DNA of 64,000 nucleotides, from assembly GCA_001821765.1 (NCBI GenBank), contig MHOA01000002.1, positions 3,141 through 67,140 on the forward strand. The letters are read 5' to 3'. A program made the position numbers and the translations under genes. Below the pieces are notes generated by a model, which had not been told where the DNA came from, ran no database searches, and saw only the letters and a list, made by a program, of their open reading frames with translations. This DNA is from Candidatus Ryanbacteria bacterium RIFCSPLOWO2_12_FULL_44_26 (GTDB taxonomy: Bacteria; Patescibacteriota; Minisyncoccia; Ryanbacterales; HO2-45-13). Below are positions 10,293 to 20,485 of this stretch, piece by piece (position 1 is the first letter of the stretch; each line of letters opens with the position of its first letter).

Positions 10293-12203
10293 TTATTCTT
10301 TCACTTCTCCCTGAGAAGCTTTTATGTTGGGGTCGTCCTTCATTAAGGTATCAATAATTTTAGTCGTTTTCTCAAGCCGCGTTCCCGTAAAAGCATCTTG
10401 CGCGGTCATCACCGCTCTTGAAACAATTTCAGGGAAATCCCTCACATGAGCAACGGAAGGCACAAAACCCACCTGAAAAGCAACCTCTCTTGTTGGGCTG
10501 ACAATTCCTGTGCCAGCTTCTATAATGCCGGGGTGCCATGTAACCAACCCTGTCTCGTTATCAAAAACAACCTGCTCATTACCGGGCACGACAACACCTT
10601 TCCATCGAACATATGTCGGGAGCGAGGCGTTTACCTCAACATTTCTTAAATCATTCGACTCATTCGTGATTGACCACACAATAAGATAGGTGGTCTCCTC
10701 TCCAACTTTCGGGGGAAGGGGGCCGTAGTTTTGCACCCGGTCATCAAAATAATAACCTCGCTGTGTGAATCCGGCATCCGTCGCAACTTTTAGTTTTAAG
10801 GTTGCGACACCTGACACATCAACTCCTTCAAACCCCTGCGGCGTTTTTCCGGTGCTGATGCGCGAGGAAAACTCAATTGCAAAGTCCTTGTCAAGAGCGG
10901 TTGTAACAGGAAGCGGCTGCTTAATTACGACCGTAAAGTTCACCCTGTCCGATGCGCCGGGCTGTAATAGCGCAAACTGCGGATAACGGCCCGCCAACCA
11001 GTGAATAGTATTCGTTGTCCCGTCAAACGTACCGCCATTTTTTGGTGAAACAGTTTTCAGATCCAGCGCTTTTCCATCCAAGTGTATTTCCAATGCCGCG
11101 TTGTTTACACTGACCGGAAGATTATTTTTCCAAAAGATAGAGACATCTACTTCCTGTCCGGGAAATACCACATTGCTTTTGTTTTTTGTCAACCCCACAG
11201 CAGTAAAGAGAAACGGCGTTCTCACTGCAACTGTTTTTTTTGAATCAGAAAAAACAATCCAAGAGCTGTCGGCGCTGTCATAAATCCCGAGACGCGCACG
11301 AAACGTCTGATTCTCATAAATGTTTTCCTTCACCTTTCCTTTTATCGATATCGTTCGTGCTTCCCCGGGGTTAATATCTCCTATTTTCCATATACTATCT
11401 CCTTCAAATGGCTGCGGTTGAGCACTAATGAATTCAAACGCCTCAGGATAATCAATCCCCACTGTGAGATTTTGAAATAAAATGTCCGAGGTAGAAACAA
11501 CATTAATAGCCAATTCAACCTCCTGCCCTTCCTGCAATTCGTTCGGTGCTTCAACGGAAACGCCGAGCTGTGAATGGGTAATCCGCACAGTATACTCAAT
11601 CTCTTTAGCAAATCTTGCCGATGAACCCTCGGGACGATATTCCAATACAACTTTACCTTTTAAAACATCGTCTATCTCCCCAAAAAGCACGCCTTTAAAC
11701 TCCTCTCTCCCTTCCGCGCCGGCCGCAATGTCGCCTAAGACGCGACGCACACGAAACAGCCCCCGCTTCCCTCCAGCTTCATACAGCACTTGTTGCGATC
11801 TGGGCGGAAATTCAAATACAATCTCCGCGCTGTTCAGCGCAACGGAATCAGCGTTTCTGTACACAACCTCCCAAGACGATGCCTCTCCCGAAGCCACCTC
11901 CTTAGGTCCAGCAAGGCTCAATCCCACAAGACGCGTCGAGTGGATACTACCTCCAAAAATAAAGAAAAAAATGACAGCCCCCGCAAAAACAACAACAGCT
12001 GCTATCATAGCGAGTAACAACCAAAAGCGCGTCTGGGGCGACATATTTCCTCTTCTTTTCGGCCGTATCGTTACCGGCTCCTTTTCACCCTCCCAAAAAG
12101 GTTCTACCTCAACATCGTGCTGGGAAAATCCTGACTTCGGCTGACGTTCCGGAAACGTCTCCCCTTGCTTGTACATCCGTTTTTTAAGATCGCTGATACC
12201 CAT
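10293..12203 (-). CDS. Membrane-anchored protein with repeated Ig-like/DUF11-like beta domains
   Basis: Single N-terminal TM, then recurring beta-rich units (WKIGDINPGE, WLAG, WHPGIIEAG). Confidence 0.75.
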   Translation of the reverse strand: MGISDLKKRMYKQGETFPERQPKSGFSQHDVEVEPFWEGEKEPVTIRPKRRGNMSPQTRFWLLLAMIAAVVVFAGAVIFFFIFGGSIHSTRLVGLSLAGPKEVASGEASSWEVVYRNADSVALNSAEIVFEFPPRSQQVLYEAGGKRGLFRVRRVLGDIAAGAEGREEFKGVLFGEIDDVLKGKVVLEYRPEGSSARFAKEIEYTVRITHSQLGVSVEAPNELQEGQEVELAINVVSTSDILFQNLTVGIDYPEAFEFISAQPQPFEGDSIWKIGDINPGEARTISIKGKVKENIYENQTFRARLGIYDSADSSWIVFSDSKKTVAVRTPFLFTAVGLTKNKSNVVFPGQEVDVSIFWKNNLPVSVNNAALEIHLDGKALDLKTVSPKNGGTFDGTTNTIHWLAGRYPQFALLQPGASDRVNFTVVIKQPLPVTTALDKDFAIEFSSRISTGKTPQGFEGVDVSGVATLKLKVATDAGFTQRGYYFDDRVQNYGPLPPKVGEETTYLIVWSITNESNDLRNVEVNASLPTYVRWKGVVVPGNEQVVFDNETGLVTWHPGIIEAGTGIVSPTREVAFQVGFVPSVAHVRDFPEIVSRAVMTAQDAFTGTRLEKTTKIIDTLMKDDPNIKASQGEVKE

Positions 12204-12218
12204 GCTGTTGTATGTTTA

Positions 12219-12722
12219 TTATAACATATGATTAGCCGCGAGAACGGTACGAATATCGTTCTCCGTTCGTATTCCTTCTTCAGGGAGCATGCCGAAGATA
12301 TGCAGCGTTTCCGTTTTAAGTGAAAAAAGATGGACTGCATCTCGAGGCAAAAGTTTCCTTACAATAAAAACGTCGTTTAGAAAATTCCATAACAATTCGT
12401 CATGTTCTGTTCCTTTGAGCAGACGCAAAAGAAAATCCCTAAATGCGAGCATATTCGGAAAGGAGGCAATAATATCGTCATTGGGCGCTTTAAGCAGTTC
12501 TGCGCTAATAAGCCGGTAGCCGTCGCGTACACCAATGAATATAATATCAACATGCGCAAAGAGTATAGTGTGCCCTTTTAACTTAGACTTTTCAAGCCGT
12601 ATGCTTTTTGCAATTGTCTCAATTTTTCCAAATGCACGAGTGTAGAAAATGATGCCGCGATCGGATTCTCCAATATCATAACTGCCCAATACAATAGCCT
12701 CGGTTGTATGATACGTGGTCAT
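12219..12722 (-). CDS. recO: DNA repair protein RecO (short)
   Basis: TEAIVL..DIGESDR...YTRAFGKI..IAK N-terminal OB-fold signature. Confidence 0.85.
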   Translation of the reverse strand: MTTYHTTEAIVLGSYDIGESDRGIIFYTRAFGKIETIAKSIRLEKSKLKGHTILFAHVDIIFIGVRDGYRLISAELLKAPNDDIIASFPNMLAFRDFLLRLLKGTEHDELLWNFLNDVFIVRKLLPRDAVHLFSLKTETLHIFGMLPEEGIRTENDIRTVLAANHML

Positions 12723-15700
12723 GGCAAGATTTCTAACTCGTCTTTCTCACTCCATAGAATACGTTTGGCGTTTGTTTTTTGTAAGATGGTTTTTTGATGT
12801 TTTTTAAATTTTTCTTCCGGTCCTATAAGCAACTTGATGGCATCTTGCGGCTTGAGGTTGGCTTCTTTTCGAAGTTGTTGAACGCGGCGAATGAGTTCTC
12901 TTGCGTCTCCCTCATCGCGCAACTCGTCCGTAAGCGCCGTATCAAGCAGTATCTCACTTTTTAATGCTGCATCAAACGTAACTTCCTTTACATTCACCTC
13001 TTCCTTTATAAGTTCAAGAAGGCCTTTTGCGTCTTTTGATTTCATCAAACGCTCATTTTTTATTGCAAGCGCCTTTAAGGGCTGCCGGATTTTGATATTG
13101 GCTTTAGCCCGTGCCTCCAGCGCTATATTTACTATCTTGCGCACCTGATCCATGTCCTTAAGTAAAACCGCGGCACGCACGCTCTTCTTTCCTTTTTTAT
13201 AACTTGGCCAATCCTCAAGATGCACGCTCTCTTTTGGACCCCCGACTTCCTTATATATATGCTCTGCCAGAAACGGAGTAAACGGGGCGGATATAACTGC
13301 TAGGCGTATCAATACATCCTTTAATAACACGCTCACTACCTTGCTTTCACTGTTTTTTATTCTCTCGCGGGAACGCCGAACATACCAGCGGGATACATCC
13401 GCTCCAACAAAATCCTGCAAGGCCCTTGCAGCGTGCACGATTTCATATGATTCAATATGCGTTGTCATATTCCTTATAACATGATCAAACCGCAAGAGCA
13501 CCCACCGGTCCAAAACATGCTTCGGGCGTGTTATGCGTCTGATGCGTTTGGGAACAAAACTTCTTTGAGCATATGTCTGATAAAAATGAAGAACGTTTAA
13601 AAGGATGTCAGAAAAATTGCGGCGTGCTTGCTTTACGTCCTCTTCTGTAAAATATTTCCGATCCCACGGCTGGTTTATGGTGTAGAAATACCATCGAACT
13701 GAATCCGCACCATATGTTTCAATAAGCGCCATCGGGTCCACAATATTGCCAAGAGATTTAGACATTTTTTTTCCTTCTTTATCAAGCACATGTCCAAGCG
13801 AAATAACCGCCCTAAAAGGCGCTTTCCTTCCAAGAAGCGTTGCAACGGCAAGGAGATTATAAAACCAGCCGCGCGTCTGATCCACCGCCTCGGTAATATA
13901 ATCAGCAGGATAATCAATTTTACTAAAATCCGGCTTTCCTTTTTGAGCAAACGGAAAGTGTGCTTGCGCATACGGCATGGATCCCGAGTCGAACCAAGCA
14001 TCAACGACTTCGGAAACGCGGCGCATGTCGTTTGAGCATTGCCTGCACGACAATAAAATCCCGTCAATATAAGGCTTGTGAAGATCTAATTCACCCTCCT
14101 CATTGTATGGCCAGTTGCGGAGATGCAGTTCTCTTATCTCGCTTGTTTTCGGATACCACCAAGCCGGATAATCCTCTTCACGAAGACCTTGCATGGCGGC
14201 GTCAAGAATCCATAAAGGATCGCCGTGTGATACGATAAGCATCGTTTTTCCCTCATGCTTTTTTAACAGATCAAACAGCGCATTCATCATACGCTTTCGT
14301 ACATCACGAATACTCTCTCCGCCCGGCGGACTCTCATGGAAATGCTTTTTAAATGGATAGAGTTTTTTAAATTCTTTAAGGTCTCTGCCCACAAAATCTC
14401 CTGAATTGATGTCGTATAGCCGTGCATCAACAATAACAGGCGCTTTAATGATACTGGAAACAATTTCAGCCGTATCTTTTGCCCGCTGCAGCGGAGAGGA
14501 GAGTATAACATCAATGTTATGCTTTAAACGCTTTGCTTGTGATTGAACTTGTCTTCGGCCGCGTGCAGTAAGCTGAAAACCCTCTGTGTCCTGATTTAAA
14601 AGGGACACTGATACGACATTGCGGACATTATGCGCCGCCTCGCCGTGACGCATCAAAAAAACTCTTCCTTTTTGGGGAAAACGCAGCGTATCCAAATCTT
14701 CCAACGACCCAACCGTCTCCAGCGCGCCGCACTTTTCACATTTCCACACCGGCAAGGGCGTTCCCCAATAGCGTTCCCGCGAAAACGCCCAGTCTTTTTC
14801 CTCTTTTAACCATCCGCCGAAGCGGCCGTGTTTTATGTAATGCGGATGCCAGTCAATCGTTTCATTGTTTTTAATAAGTTCTTTCCGCACTTTATTTACA
14901 GAAACCCACCATGTTTTTCGCGCTAAATACATAAGCGGGTTTCTGCATCTCCAGCAGAAAGGATAATCGTGCTCGTAACGTTCGCTCTTAAAAAGCAAGC
15001 CGCGACCATCCAAATGGTTCATAATAAGGGGATCTGCTTTTTTAAAAAACGTTTCATGCCATGGTTTTCCCGGTGTTTGCATGTTTCCTTGTTCATCTGT
15101 TGTAATAACTGTCGGTAAACCATGCTTTTTGCTTAAATGAAAATCGTCATCCCCGAATGCCGGAGCTATATGCACAATCCCCGTTCCTTCACCGGTGGAA
15201 ACAAAATCGGCAGCTATTATTTTTGGGTGGCGCTGCGAATCGTCAGGAAATAAAGCATGATATTCTCTACCAACCAGTTCGGCGCCCTTTATTTTTTTTA
15301 GAATATTATGTTCAGCGGGCAAAACCGCAAGCCGCGATTCCGCAAGAATAAACGTAGTACCGTTCGCCTCTGCATACACATAATCAACTGCCGGATGCAC
15401 TGCAAGCGCCACGTTCCCCGGCAAGGTCCACGGTGTCGTTGTCCATACCAAAAAATACTCCCCCTCCTTGTCTGTAGGAAACTTCACGTAGACGGATTCC
15501 TCTGTTATTTTTTCATATCCCTGCGCAAGTTCGTGCGAGGAAAGGGCTGTACCGCATCGGGTACACCACGGCACAACTTTGTAGTCTTCATACAGATACT
15601 TTTTCTTCGAAAACTCCCTGATAATCCACCACAGTGTTTCAATGTATGAACTTTCATGGGTGATGTAGGGATGATCCATATCAATCCATAAACCGATTTT

Positions 15701-16078
15701 CTCCGTCATCCGTTCCCAAAGCTCTTTATATCTCCACACAGACTCCCTGCATTTTTTGTTAAACTCCGTAACGCCATATTTTTCAATGTCTTTCTTGCTT
15801 GCAAGGCCGAGCGATTTTTCAACTTCAATCTCAACCGGAAGCCCGTGCGTGTCCCAACCGGCACGACGAGGGACATAATACCCGCGCATTGTTTTATAAC
15901 GGAGCACAATGTCTTTATAGGAGCGCGATGCTACATGGTGCACCCCCGGCACTCCGTTTGCCGTTGGAGGCCCTTCAAAAAACACAAAATGTTTTTTCCT
16001 GCGCCTTGCTCTAACGCTTTTCTCAAAAATGTTTCTTTCTTTCCAAAACCGCAGCGTTTTCTCTTCATGGTTTTCCAT
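12719..16078 (-). CDS. ileS: Isoleucine--tRNA ligase with inserted histidine-phosphatase domain
   Basis: FFEGPPTANG, GWDTHGLPVE, WTTTPWTLP, WFDSGSMP, DQTRGWF, KMSKS; internal LMRHGEA...SSPLQRA...VSHGD domain. Confidence 0.96.
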   Translation of the reverse strand: MENHEEKTLRFWKERNIFEKSVRARRRKKHFVFFEGPPTANGVPGVHHVASRSYKDIVLRYKTMRGYYVPRRAGWDTHGLPVEIEVEKSLGLASKKDIEKYGVTEFNKKCRESVWRYKELWERMTEKIGLWIDMDHPYITHESSYIETLWWIIREFSKKKYLYEDYKVVPWCTRCGTALSSHELAQGYEKITEESVYVKFPTDKEGEYFLVWTTTPWTLPGNVALAVHPAVDYVYAEANGTTFILAESRLAVLPAEHNILKKIKGAELVGREYHALFPDDSQRHPKIIAADFVSTGEGTGIVHIAPAFGDDDFHLSKKHGLPTVITTDEQGNMQTPGKPWHETFFKKADPLIMNHLDGRGLLFKSERYEHDYPFCWRCRNPLMYLARKTWWVSVNKVRKELIKNNETIDWHPHYIKHGRFGGWLKEEKDWAFSRERYWGTPLPVWKCEKCGALETVGSLEDLDTLRFPQKGRVFLMRHGEAAHNVRNVVSVSLLNQDTEGFQLTARGRRQVQSQAKRLKHNIDVILSSPLQRAKDTAEIVSSIIKAPVIVDARLYDINSGDFVGRDLKEFKKLYPFKKHFHESPPGGESIRDVRKRMMNALFDLLKKHEGKTMLIVSHGDPLWILDAAMQGLREEDYPAWWYPKTSEIRELHLRNWPYNEEGELDLHKPYIDGILLSCRQCSNDMRRVSEVVDAWFDSGSMPYAQAHFPFAQKGKPDFSKIDYPADYITEAVDQTRGWFYNLLAVATLLGRKAPFRAVISLGHVLDKEGKKMSKSLGNIVDPMALIETYGADSVRWYFYTINQPWDRKYFTEEDVKQARRNFSDILLNVLHFYQTYAQRSFVPKRIRRITRPKHVLDRWVLLRFDHVIRNMTTHIESYEIVHAARALQDFVGADVSRWYVRRSRERIKNSESKVVSVLLKDVLIRLAVISAPFTPFLAEHIYKEVGGPKESVHLEDWPSYKKGKKSVRAAVLLKDMDQVRKIVNIALEARAKANIKIRQPLKALAIKNERLMKSKDAKGLLELIKEEVNVKEVTFDAALKSEILLDTALTDELRDEGDARELIRRVQQLRKEANLKPQDAIKLLIGPEEKFKKHQKTILQKTNAKRILWSEKDELEILP

Positions 16079-16084
16079 ATGATG

Positions 16085-16627
16085 CTAATCCGCAATGGTT
16101 ATGGTGATAATAACATCACCTCTTTCAATATGTTGAACCACATCCATGCCCTTAGCTACTCTCCCGAATACCGTATGTCTTCCGTCTAAATGCGGCTGGG
16201 GACGGGTTGTTACAATAAAAAACTGACTGCCGTTGGTATTGGGTCCGGCATTCGCCATGGCAATAACTCCTTCAACAACCTTAAGATCATTAATTTCATC
16301 GTCAAACATATATCCCGGACCTCCTGTTCCAATGCGCGGATCGTCAATGGGAAGTGTTTTGGTAAACGGGTCGCCCCCCTGAATCATAAAATCTTTCACC
16401 ACTCGATGGAACCGCACTCCGTCATAAAACCTATCACGCGCCAATGCCGTGAAGTGCTCCACGGTTCTTGGAGCTTTTTTGGGGTATAACTCAAGTTCGA
16501 TATCGCCTTTCGTTGTTTGAATAACGGCGTTTACCGTCCCTCCGCTCCTGCCGCCGGCAAGCCATATCACAAAACCCAGCACTGCCGAAATAAGAAGGAG
16601 GTTTAAAATGGTTTTTTTAGGCGCCAT
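16085..16627 (-). CDS. Cyclophilin-type peptidyl-prolyl isomerase with N-terminal anchor
   Basis: FHRVVKDFMIQGGDP, AMANAGPNTNGSQFFI, HLDGRHTVFG; start MAPKK. Confidence 0.93.
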   Translation of the reverse strand: MAPKKTILNLLLISAVLGFVIWLAGGRSGGTVNAVIQTTKGDIELELYPKKAPRTVEHFTALARDRFYDGVRFHRVVKDFMIQGGDPFTKTLPIDDPRIGTGGPGYMFDDEINDLKVVEGVIAMANAGPNTNGSQFFIVTTRPQPHLDGRHTVFGRVAKGMDVVQHIERGDVIITITIAD

Positions 16628-16723
16628 GCAATAAGTATACGGATGCGAAACGGTATTGAAAAGAGTCAGGCGCAACAGAAAACGAAACCGCTATGAAGAT
16701 TGGTTTTGTGAAATAGATGTTCG

Positions 16724-17185
16724 CTACAATATCCGCGGAGATTTTTTTATCTTTGCATCCAGCCCGAACATCCTACCGGCACGAACCGCAGCAAAGAAAA
16801 TAAGCACCAGCGCATAAACAATATGATCATCAACGATATAGCTATGCGCTCCGACACGCGGAAACTCAAGCAGAGGTAAGTAATAGAGCATCATCAATGC
16901 CGCACCAAGCATTGAAGACACGCGAACTCCAAGGCCTAATAGCAGTGAGATGCCAAGCAACGTCAGTCCCCATTCGTTCGCCAAATTCACCCATCCGATG
17001 TTTGCAGGACTGGCAAGATACGCAAAAAAGTCCGAAAAAGTCTTAGCATTGGCAAGATACCCGGCAGCTGACCACTCCGGATCTAACACCTTGGTGATAC
17101 CGGCATAGAAAAACAGCCATCCCATCGCAACGCGCAGCAGGACAACAATATCTTTTGCTACCATATTCATAAATGATGCGTTCAT
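16724..17185 (-). CDS. DoxX family membrane protein
   Basis: LLRVAMGWLFFYAGITK, WSAAGYL and FGLD motifs. Confidence 0.85.
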   Translation of the reverse strand: MNASFMNMVAKDIVVLLRVAMGWLFFYAGITKVLDPEWSAAGYLANAKTFSDFFAYLASPANIGWVNLANEWGLTLLGISLLLGLGVRVSSMLGAALMMLYYLPLLEFPRVGAHSYIVDDHIVYALVLIFFAAVRAGRMFGLDAKIKKSPRIL

Positions 17186-17272
17186 AAAAATTGACTTTAC
17201 ATTAATTTGATAACTAAAAAAACGATGGGCTTGACGGATTGCACTGTGTGTATACACCACTAAAGCCCTTCC

Positions 17273-17992
17273 TTAGAAAGGCAATGGCGCTGAATAAAGC
17301 ATAATAGCGCCAAGCGCCATAAGAAAAAACCCGACACCAAGCCGCATAAGCCCCCGATGTTTCTTTCTCCAGCTCTCAAGCTGTTCTGAAGTGGCTCCAA
17401 AATAAGAAACGCCGACAATAAAGAGAAGAGGAACGATGAACACAAAGTTATACAACAAAAGAAGCGGAACAGCGACATCATACGAACCCCTCTGTAGTAA
17501 ACCGAGAATAGCGAAATACGGAGCGCCGGTACACGGAAGCTCTATAAGGACGACAAACACGCCCAGAGCCGCTGTCGTAAGCATCATGAGTGTGGGGCTT
17601 TGCCGCTCCATCATTTCAATTTTTCGCGTATAGAGCTTCATTCGTTCAGCGCCTCCCGGTATCATCTGCAGACTAAACCCCTTTCCGTACCAAAAATAAT
17701 CCTTTATCTCAAGAAGTCCGGCAAGAATGGCGATAACGGCAACAATAAAGTAAAACCATGCTGATATTCCAATACTTCTGGTGATATTTATTACTCCAAA
17801 ACCAAGCGTCAAATATGTTGCGTAGACCACTAAAGTATATAAAAGCCCCCCCAAAAGCATCATTTTCCTGCTTCGAAAGACTCTCGTCATAAAAGCAATA
17901 AGGAAAATGAGCGCGCCGAAGACACATGGATTAATGCTGTCAGCAAGAGCTGCCGTAATAACAATTCCTAATGTCAGTTCATCTCCAAACAT
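17273..17992 (-). CDS. CcdA/DsbD-like cytochrome c biogenesis transmembrane protein
   Basis: DSINPC and ELPCTGAPY redox-cysteine motifs in a multi-TM protein. Confidence 0.82.
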   Translation of the reverse strand: MFGDELTLGIVITAALADSINPCVFGALIFLIAFMTRVFRSRKMMLLGGLLYTLVVYATYLTLGFGVINITRSIGISAWFYFIVAVIAILAGLLEIKDYFWYGKGFSLQMIPGGAERMKLYTRKIEMMERQSPTLMMLTTAALGVFVVLIELPCTGAPYFAILGLLQRGSYDVAVPLLLLYNFVFIVPLLFIVGVSYFGATSEQLESWRKKHRGLMRLGVGFFLMALGAIMLYSAPLPF

Positions 17993-18045
17993 GTGTTGAT
18001 GCTGCTATAAAATGCCGTACCGGATCAATCCAGCGCTGCCGGAAT

Positions 18046-18852
18046 CTAATCCTCAATAAGCGGGCATCCGGATATTTCGCTTAACTCCTCAAACGATACA
18101 ACCCCGGGTTCAAACCGATAAAGTATGCCGCCCTCACTATCCTCAAAAATCCATGTCGGCGTACGCTCTACATTCTTTTCAATACAGCGCTGCGCCTCGT
18201 GGTTCGGATTTCTTGGATCACACTCAATTTCATTTACATATTGAAACGAGTCTCCGAACATCGCCCTTTGCTTCGCGCAAAAAGAGCATGAAATAGACCC
18301 ATACATATAAAGCCGTTTTTCAGTGAGGCATTGCGCAAACGTATCATATTTCCCCGAGGGCACCGCGCTTTTATGAACGACGAAGGTGGCGCCTCCAAGC
18401 AGCACTGCAAGAACAAGGGCTGTGATAACGTTTTTCGCAGCAATTTTTTCTGGCTTCAGAGCGACAAGCGATACAACAATAATGCCCAAGATGAATACTT
18501 TTGAAGTCTCACAAAATACGCATATGTTTTTGAGAACAAAAAGCTCTATTCCCGTTAAGTACAAGGAAGGTCCCAAAAATACAATTGATAAAAACGCCAG
18601 GATTTTGAGGGTTGAGGTATTGTATCGAAAAATCACTACTCCCAAAACGCCAAGGAAATAGAATAACCCAAGCACCGACATCGGTATGCCGAATATTGTT
18701 GAATAAATACTCTTGTTGACTATATCGCAGGAAAGCCCTTCGCCCAAATTACAAAACGATCCTTCTTCCTCGGAATAATGCAAGGAGACTAAATACCCCA
18801 TAACCACAACGCCGACAATCGCCAAAACGATAAGAAGTATTTTTGCTATCAT
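18046..18852 (-). CDS. Vitamin K epoxide reductase family protein fused to a thioredoxin-like domain
   Basis: FCNLGEGLSCDIV..S.YS loop, ICVFC active site, C-terminal CSFC..Q and PTW. Confidence 0.9.
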   Translation of the reverse strand: MIAKILLIVLAIVGVVVMGYLVSLHYSEEEGSFCNLGEGLSCDIVNKSIYSTIFGIPMSVLGLFYFLGVLGVVIFRYNTSTLKILAFLSIVFLGPSLYLTGIELFVLKNICVFCETSKVFILGIIVVSLVALKPEKIAAKNVITALVLAVLLGGATFVVHKSAVPSGKYDTFAQCLTEKRLYMYGSISCSFCAKQRAMFGDSFQYVNEIECDPRNPNHEAQRCIEKNVERTPTWIFEDSEGGILYRFEPGVVSFEELSEISGCPLIED

Positions 18853-19002
18853 GTTTTCTTTTTTATGATTTGCAATAAAGTGTATAAACTTACAACAGTC
18901 ATGCTGTTGCTATCATTATAGCATCATCCAACCGACACGAAACCAAGAAATCCACAGCGATCTCCCTCTCTACTGTGAATATACATGCTATGCTAGAACG
19001 TT

Positions 19003-19755
19003 TTACTGCTCCGCCTCCCCCTTAAACAGCGAGCGCACTATGTCTCTTAACTCATTATAACTTCTTGGATTTCGTATGTTATTTCCGTTTAAGAAAATAG
19101 TCGGTGTTCCTGAAACTCCCGATGCGATACCGCTTCTGTAATCGTCCTCTATTTTTTTCTTTATAGAGGATAGATCAATATCTCTTTTAAACCCCTCAAT
19201 ATCAAGATCAATCCTCTGCGCATACTGCATGAATATGTCCTCCGCATCTTTTCTATTTGACCATTCCTGTTGGTGTTCAAAAAGCATATCATGCATTTCC
19301 CAAAACTTTCCCTGCAGTCCCGCCGCCTCTGCCGCCTGCGCGGCAATGCCGGCATTGGCATGGATTTGCTGTAAAGGAAAATGCCTAAATACCACCTGAA
19401 TATCATCGCCGAATTCACGCTCAAGCTGTGCCATCATCGGATAAAATGCCGCGCATGCCGGGCACTGAAAATCGCCGTATTCTATAAGAACAATGTCGGC
19501 CGTTTTACTTCCCCGTGTCCAATCAGTAGCGGAAACCGCGCTTGCCAACGGAAGATTCTGCTTTGAACCTATACTGCTTCCCAGTTTTATAAGACCAAAC
19601 ACGGCTCCTCCGGAAACAACAACAATGATAGCCCACAAATAAACGCGCTTAAACAATCTGGTTTTTTGTATGGCCTTTCTTCCCTGTTCCTTTTCCGCTC
19701 TTTTTAGTTCTCGTCTCTCTTTTTTTGTTACAGGCTGCTCATCAGTATGTGGCAT
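19003..19755 (-). CDS. DsbA family thiol-disulfide oxidoreductase
   Basis: EYGDFQCPAC, FRHFPL, GVSGTPT. Confidence 0.92.
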   Translation of the reverse strand: MPHTDEQPVTKKERRELKRAEKEQGRKAIQKTRLFKRVYLWAIIVVVSGGAVFGLIKLGSSIGSKQNLPLASAVSATDWTRGSKTADIVLIEYGDFQCPACAAFYPMMAQLEREFGDDIQVVFRHFPLQQIHANAGIAAQAAEAAGLQGKFWEMHDMLFEHQQEWSNRKDAEDIFMQYAQRIDLDIEGFKRDIDLSSIKKKIEDDYRSGIASGVSGTPTIFLNGNNIRNPRSYNELRDIVRSLFKGEAEQ

Positions 19756-19792
19756 TCCCTGATCATACAAAACTGCATGACCGCGGTCAATG

Positions 19793-20482
19793 CTACCTTA
19801 CATCCACCTGCACACGAGGATATTTGGATCTTAACGTTGCTGCGATCTTAGAAACATTCAGCTCTTTTGTTTTGTCCAAATGTTTATTGAGATTTTTCCC
19901 ATATCGTATGTCCTGAATGTAATACTTTTCTCCCGGCAGTAAATATCCTGCGATCGTAAAAAAATCTTCTTCGGCATGCTCGGCGGGAAATACGGTTGTT
20001 CTGAATTCATGATCAACTCCAGATGACTGAATGAGATAAAAGGTTTTCTTGCAGTTCTCAAGAGCTGTCTCGTTGCCGGTATGCGCAACACAATCATACT
20101 TTTCCCAACGATGTTTAACGTCCATCGCAATATAATCTAAAAGATCTGCGGCGATCATTTTCTCCACCATATTGGGATTTATGCCGTTTGTGTCAAGCTT
20201 TACCAAAAGATTCATTGATTTTATTTTTTTAATAAAATCCGGAAGGTCATGGTGCAGTGTCGGTTCTCCTCCTGTTATGCACACGCCGTCTATAAAGTTT
20301 CTTTGTCCATTTAAAAACCGAAGCACATCGTCCTCGCTGATGTAAGAATCCTGCTTGAGAGGAACGAGCTCCGGATTATGGCAATAAGGACACCGAAACA
20401 AACATCCTTGAGTAAAAACTACCGCCGCGACTTTCGCGGGGTAGTCAATAAGACTCAGTTTCTGTAAACCTCCTATGACCAT
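19793..20482 (-). CDS. nrdG: Anaerobic ribonucleoside-triphosphate reductase activating enzyme (radical SAM)
   Basis: SLIDYP, GCLFRCPYCHNP, GGEPTL; adjacent to nrdD. Confidence 0.92.
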   Translation of the reverse strand: MVIGGLQKLSLIDYPAKVAAVVFTQGCLFRCPYCHNPELVPLKQDSYISEDDVLRFLNGQRNFIDGVCITGGEPTLHHDLPDFIKKIKSMNLLVKLDTNGINPNMVEKMIAADLLDYIAMDVKHRWEKYDCVAHTGNETALENCKKTFYLIQSSGVDHEFRTTVFPAEHAEEDFFTIAGYLLPGEKYYIQDIRYGKNLNKHLDKTKELNVSKIAATLRSKYPRVQVDVR

Positions 20483-20485
20483 ACG

